Source: a virus
IMG/VR virus record: IMGVR_UViG_3300029286_002355
Span: 122,120 to 186,119 of that record
Direction: 5' to 3' (one strand)
DNA: 64,000 bases
Below the pieces are notes generated by a model. It did no database searches. It was not told where the DNA came from and saw only the letters and a list, made by a program, of their open reading frames with translations. Each line of letters opens with the position of its first letter. The stretch's first letter is position 1. Shown here piece by piece: positions 63,059-64,000 of this stretch. Position numbers and translations under genes: made by a program.

Positions 63059-63895
63059 TTAACGCTGTATGGAGCTATCCCCCCTGTCGTGATTTAAATG
63101 AAAAATCTTCTTTACATCCATGGGAACTCTTCCTCCCATATGACAACGAAATTGCCGGTCTGATCTTGTTGCCCTCCATACGTCGCTCTTTCTACCCGAA
63201 TAAACACCCCCTTTATTTTTTATAGCTGTCACATTGGCTAATTGAAAATAACCAGCAGCAATCCCACTTCCATGTTTCCATCGAACAGGCCAATCTTTAG
63301 TTATATCGGCAACGTTTTCTACAACACAAGGATATTCTCTTTTATCTTCCTCAAAATATTTTATACAGAATGGAATTTGTAAAGAATATCTGTCGGCTCC
63401 TATGACTTTGGTTTCATTCTTGAATTTATCGCTTTCTAGTTGTTTTCTTATATCTTCGAAAAAGGTTGACTCATATACCAAGTCAGAATCAGCAAACAAA
63501 ATCCAATCTGCTTCAGTTGCTTTGGCTCTAATATTTCTGGGAATAGCCCTATTGCTTTCTTGGCCTTTTTCTAGTGGTATTTCAAGAATATTCAATCCCT
63601 TTTCTCTGAATAACTTAATTACTGATTCTGTGGTTGGGTTTCCTGAATTGGGGAGATAGGATATGCTGATTAAGATATCGGGTTTTTCTCCTGTTTGTTG
63701 AAGAATGGAACTTAACATCCAGCATAATCTTTTTTGGTAATTGAAGCAATGGATACAAATTTCAAGCCTTAGTGGGCCATCGTGAGAAATTACATTTGAT
63801 ACTACGTTAGAAATTACATTAGAAGACAAACCCATTCGTTCTCTTCTAAGTCTTATTCTTTCATTCCTTATTTTAATTCGTTCCGTTATGGTCAT
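63059..63895 (-). CDS. GT2-family glycosyltransferase
   Basis: LSSILQQ, RNI.A.....DWILFADSD (DxD), GYFQL, D..F, HLNH. Confidence 0.75.
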   Translation of the reverse strand: MTITERIKIRNERIRLRRERMGLSSNVISNVVSNVISHDGPLRLEICIHCFNYQKRLCWMLSSILQQTGEKPDILISISYLPNSGNPTTESVIKLFREKGLNILEIPLEKGQESNRAIPRNIRAKATEADWILFADSDLVYESTFFEDIRKQLESDKFKNETKVIGADRYSLQIPFCIKYFEEDKREYPCVVENVADITKDWPVRWKHGSGIAAGYFQLANVTAIKNKGGVYSGRKSDVWRATRSDRQFRCHMGGRVPMDVKKIFHLNHDRGDSSIQR

Positions 63896-64000
63896 GTTTT
63901 GAAGACCTTTATATTGGTTGGCTTTTTACCATGGAGTAATTCTCTAGCATCACTATATGCTTTATCAATAGTTCTTTTCCCATCTCTTTTCGTTTCTCCA
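63892..64000 (-). CDS. 3' end of a gene entering from outside the window
   Basis: ...AYSDARELLHGKKPTNIKVFKT*, ATGA-coupled to the GT2 gene. Confidence 0.5.
   Translation of the reverse strand, partial: GETKRDGKRTIDKAYSDARELLHGKKPTNIKVFKT

Noticed and set aside
482-63659. Many plus-strand (and some nested minus-strand) ORFs in the track, e.g. 482..673, 6377..6751, 25092..25373, 31442..31750, 40599..41051, 43611..44150
   Set aside because: They lie antisense to or inside well-supported genes or RNAs, lack RBS and motifs, and have Ser/Phe/Leu-rich shadow composition.
1-64000. Stop-codon reassignment (alternative genetic code)
   Set aside because: Conserved genes are full length under code 11, no suppressor tRNA is present, and the two broken genes are frameshifts, not in-frame stops.

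Overview
AT-rich, gene-dense window, almost all on the minus strand, that reads as part of a large (jumbo/huge) bacteriophage genome. The evidence is a mixture of phage-type replication genes, many small hypothetical ORFs, free-standing endonucleases and tRNAs, with no rRNA, ribosomal protein or central metabolism genes. Left third: recombination/replication module (SbcC/SbcD, tandem SpoVS, sigma factor, Cas4-like protein, DnaG, RecA, gp32-type SSB, DnaE, dNMP kinase, Thg1, UDG). Middle: accessory region with tmRNA, an unexplained 189-nt structured RNA, Tpt1/KptA, PNKP, a very short RNase P RNA lacking the specificity domain, two IS200/IS605 (TnpB) elements whose ends I could place by the guide/cleavage-site pairing rule (one splits a SET-domain gene), an array of small genes sharing a C-terminal PIKVI motif, and Hsp20 with a ROSE-like thermometer. 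Right: seven tRNAs (4 Gly, 2 Ala, Ile-UAU) among HNH genes, ADP-ribosylglycohydrolase and a glycosyltransferase cluster. Top finding: a complete ribosome-dependent transcription attenuator at 55888-56071. Its 28-aa leader has 11 of 12 consecutive codons for Ile(AUA)/Ala/Gly, it has 1:2, 2:3 and 3:4 helices, and it lies upstream of the phage tRNA cluster that supplies Ala, Ile(UAU) and Gly tRNAs. This suggests a tRNA-shortage sensor that switches on replacement tRNAs. All assignments come from reading motifs and base-pairing by eye; no database searches or folding programs were run.
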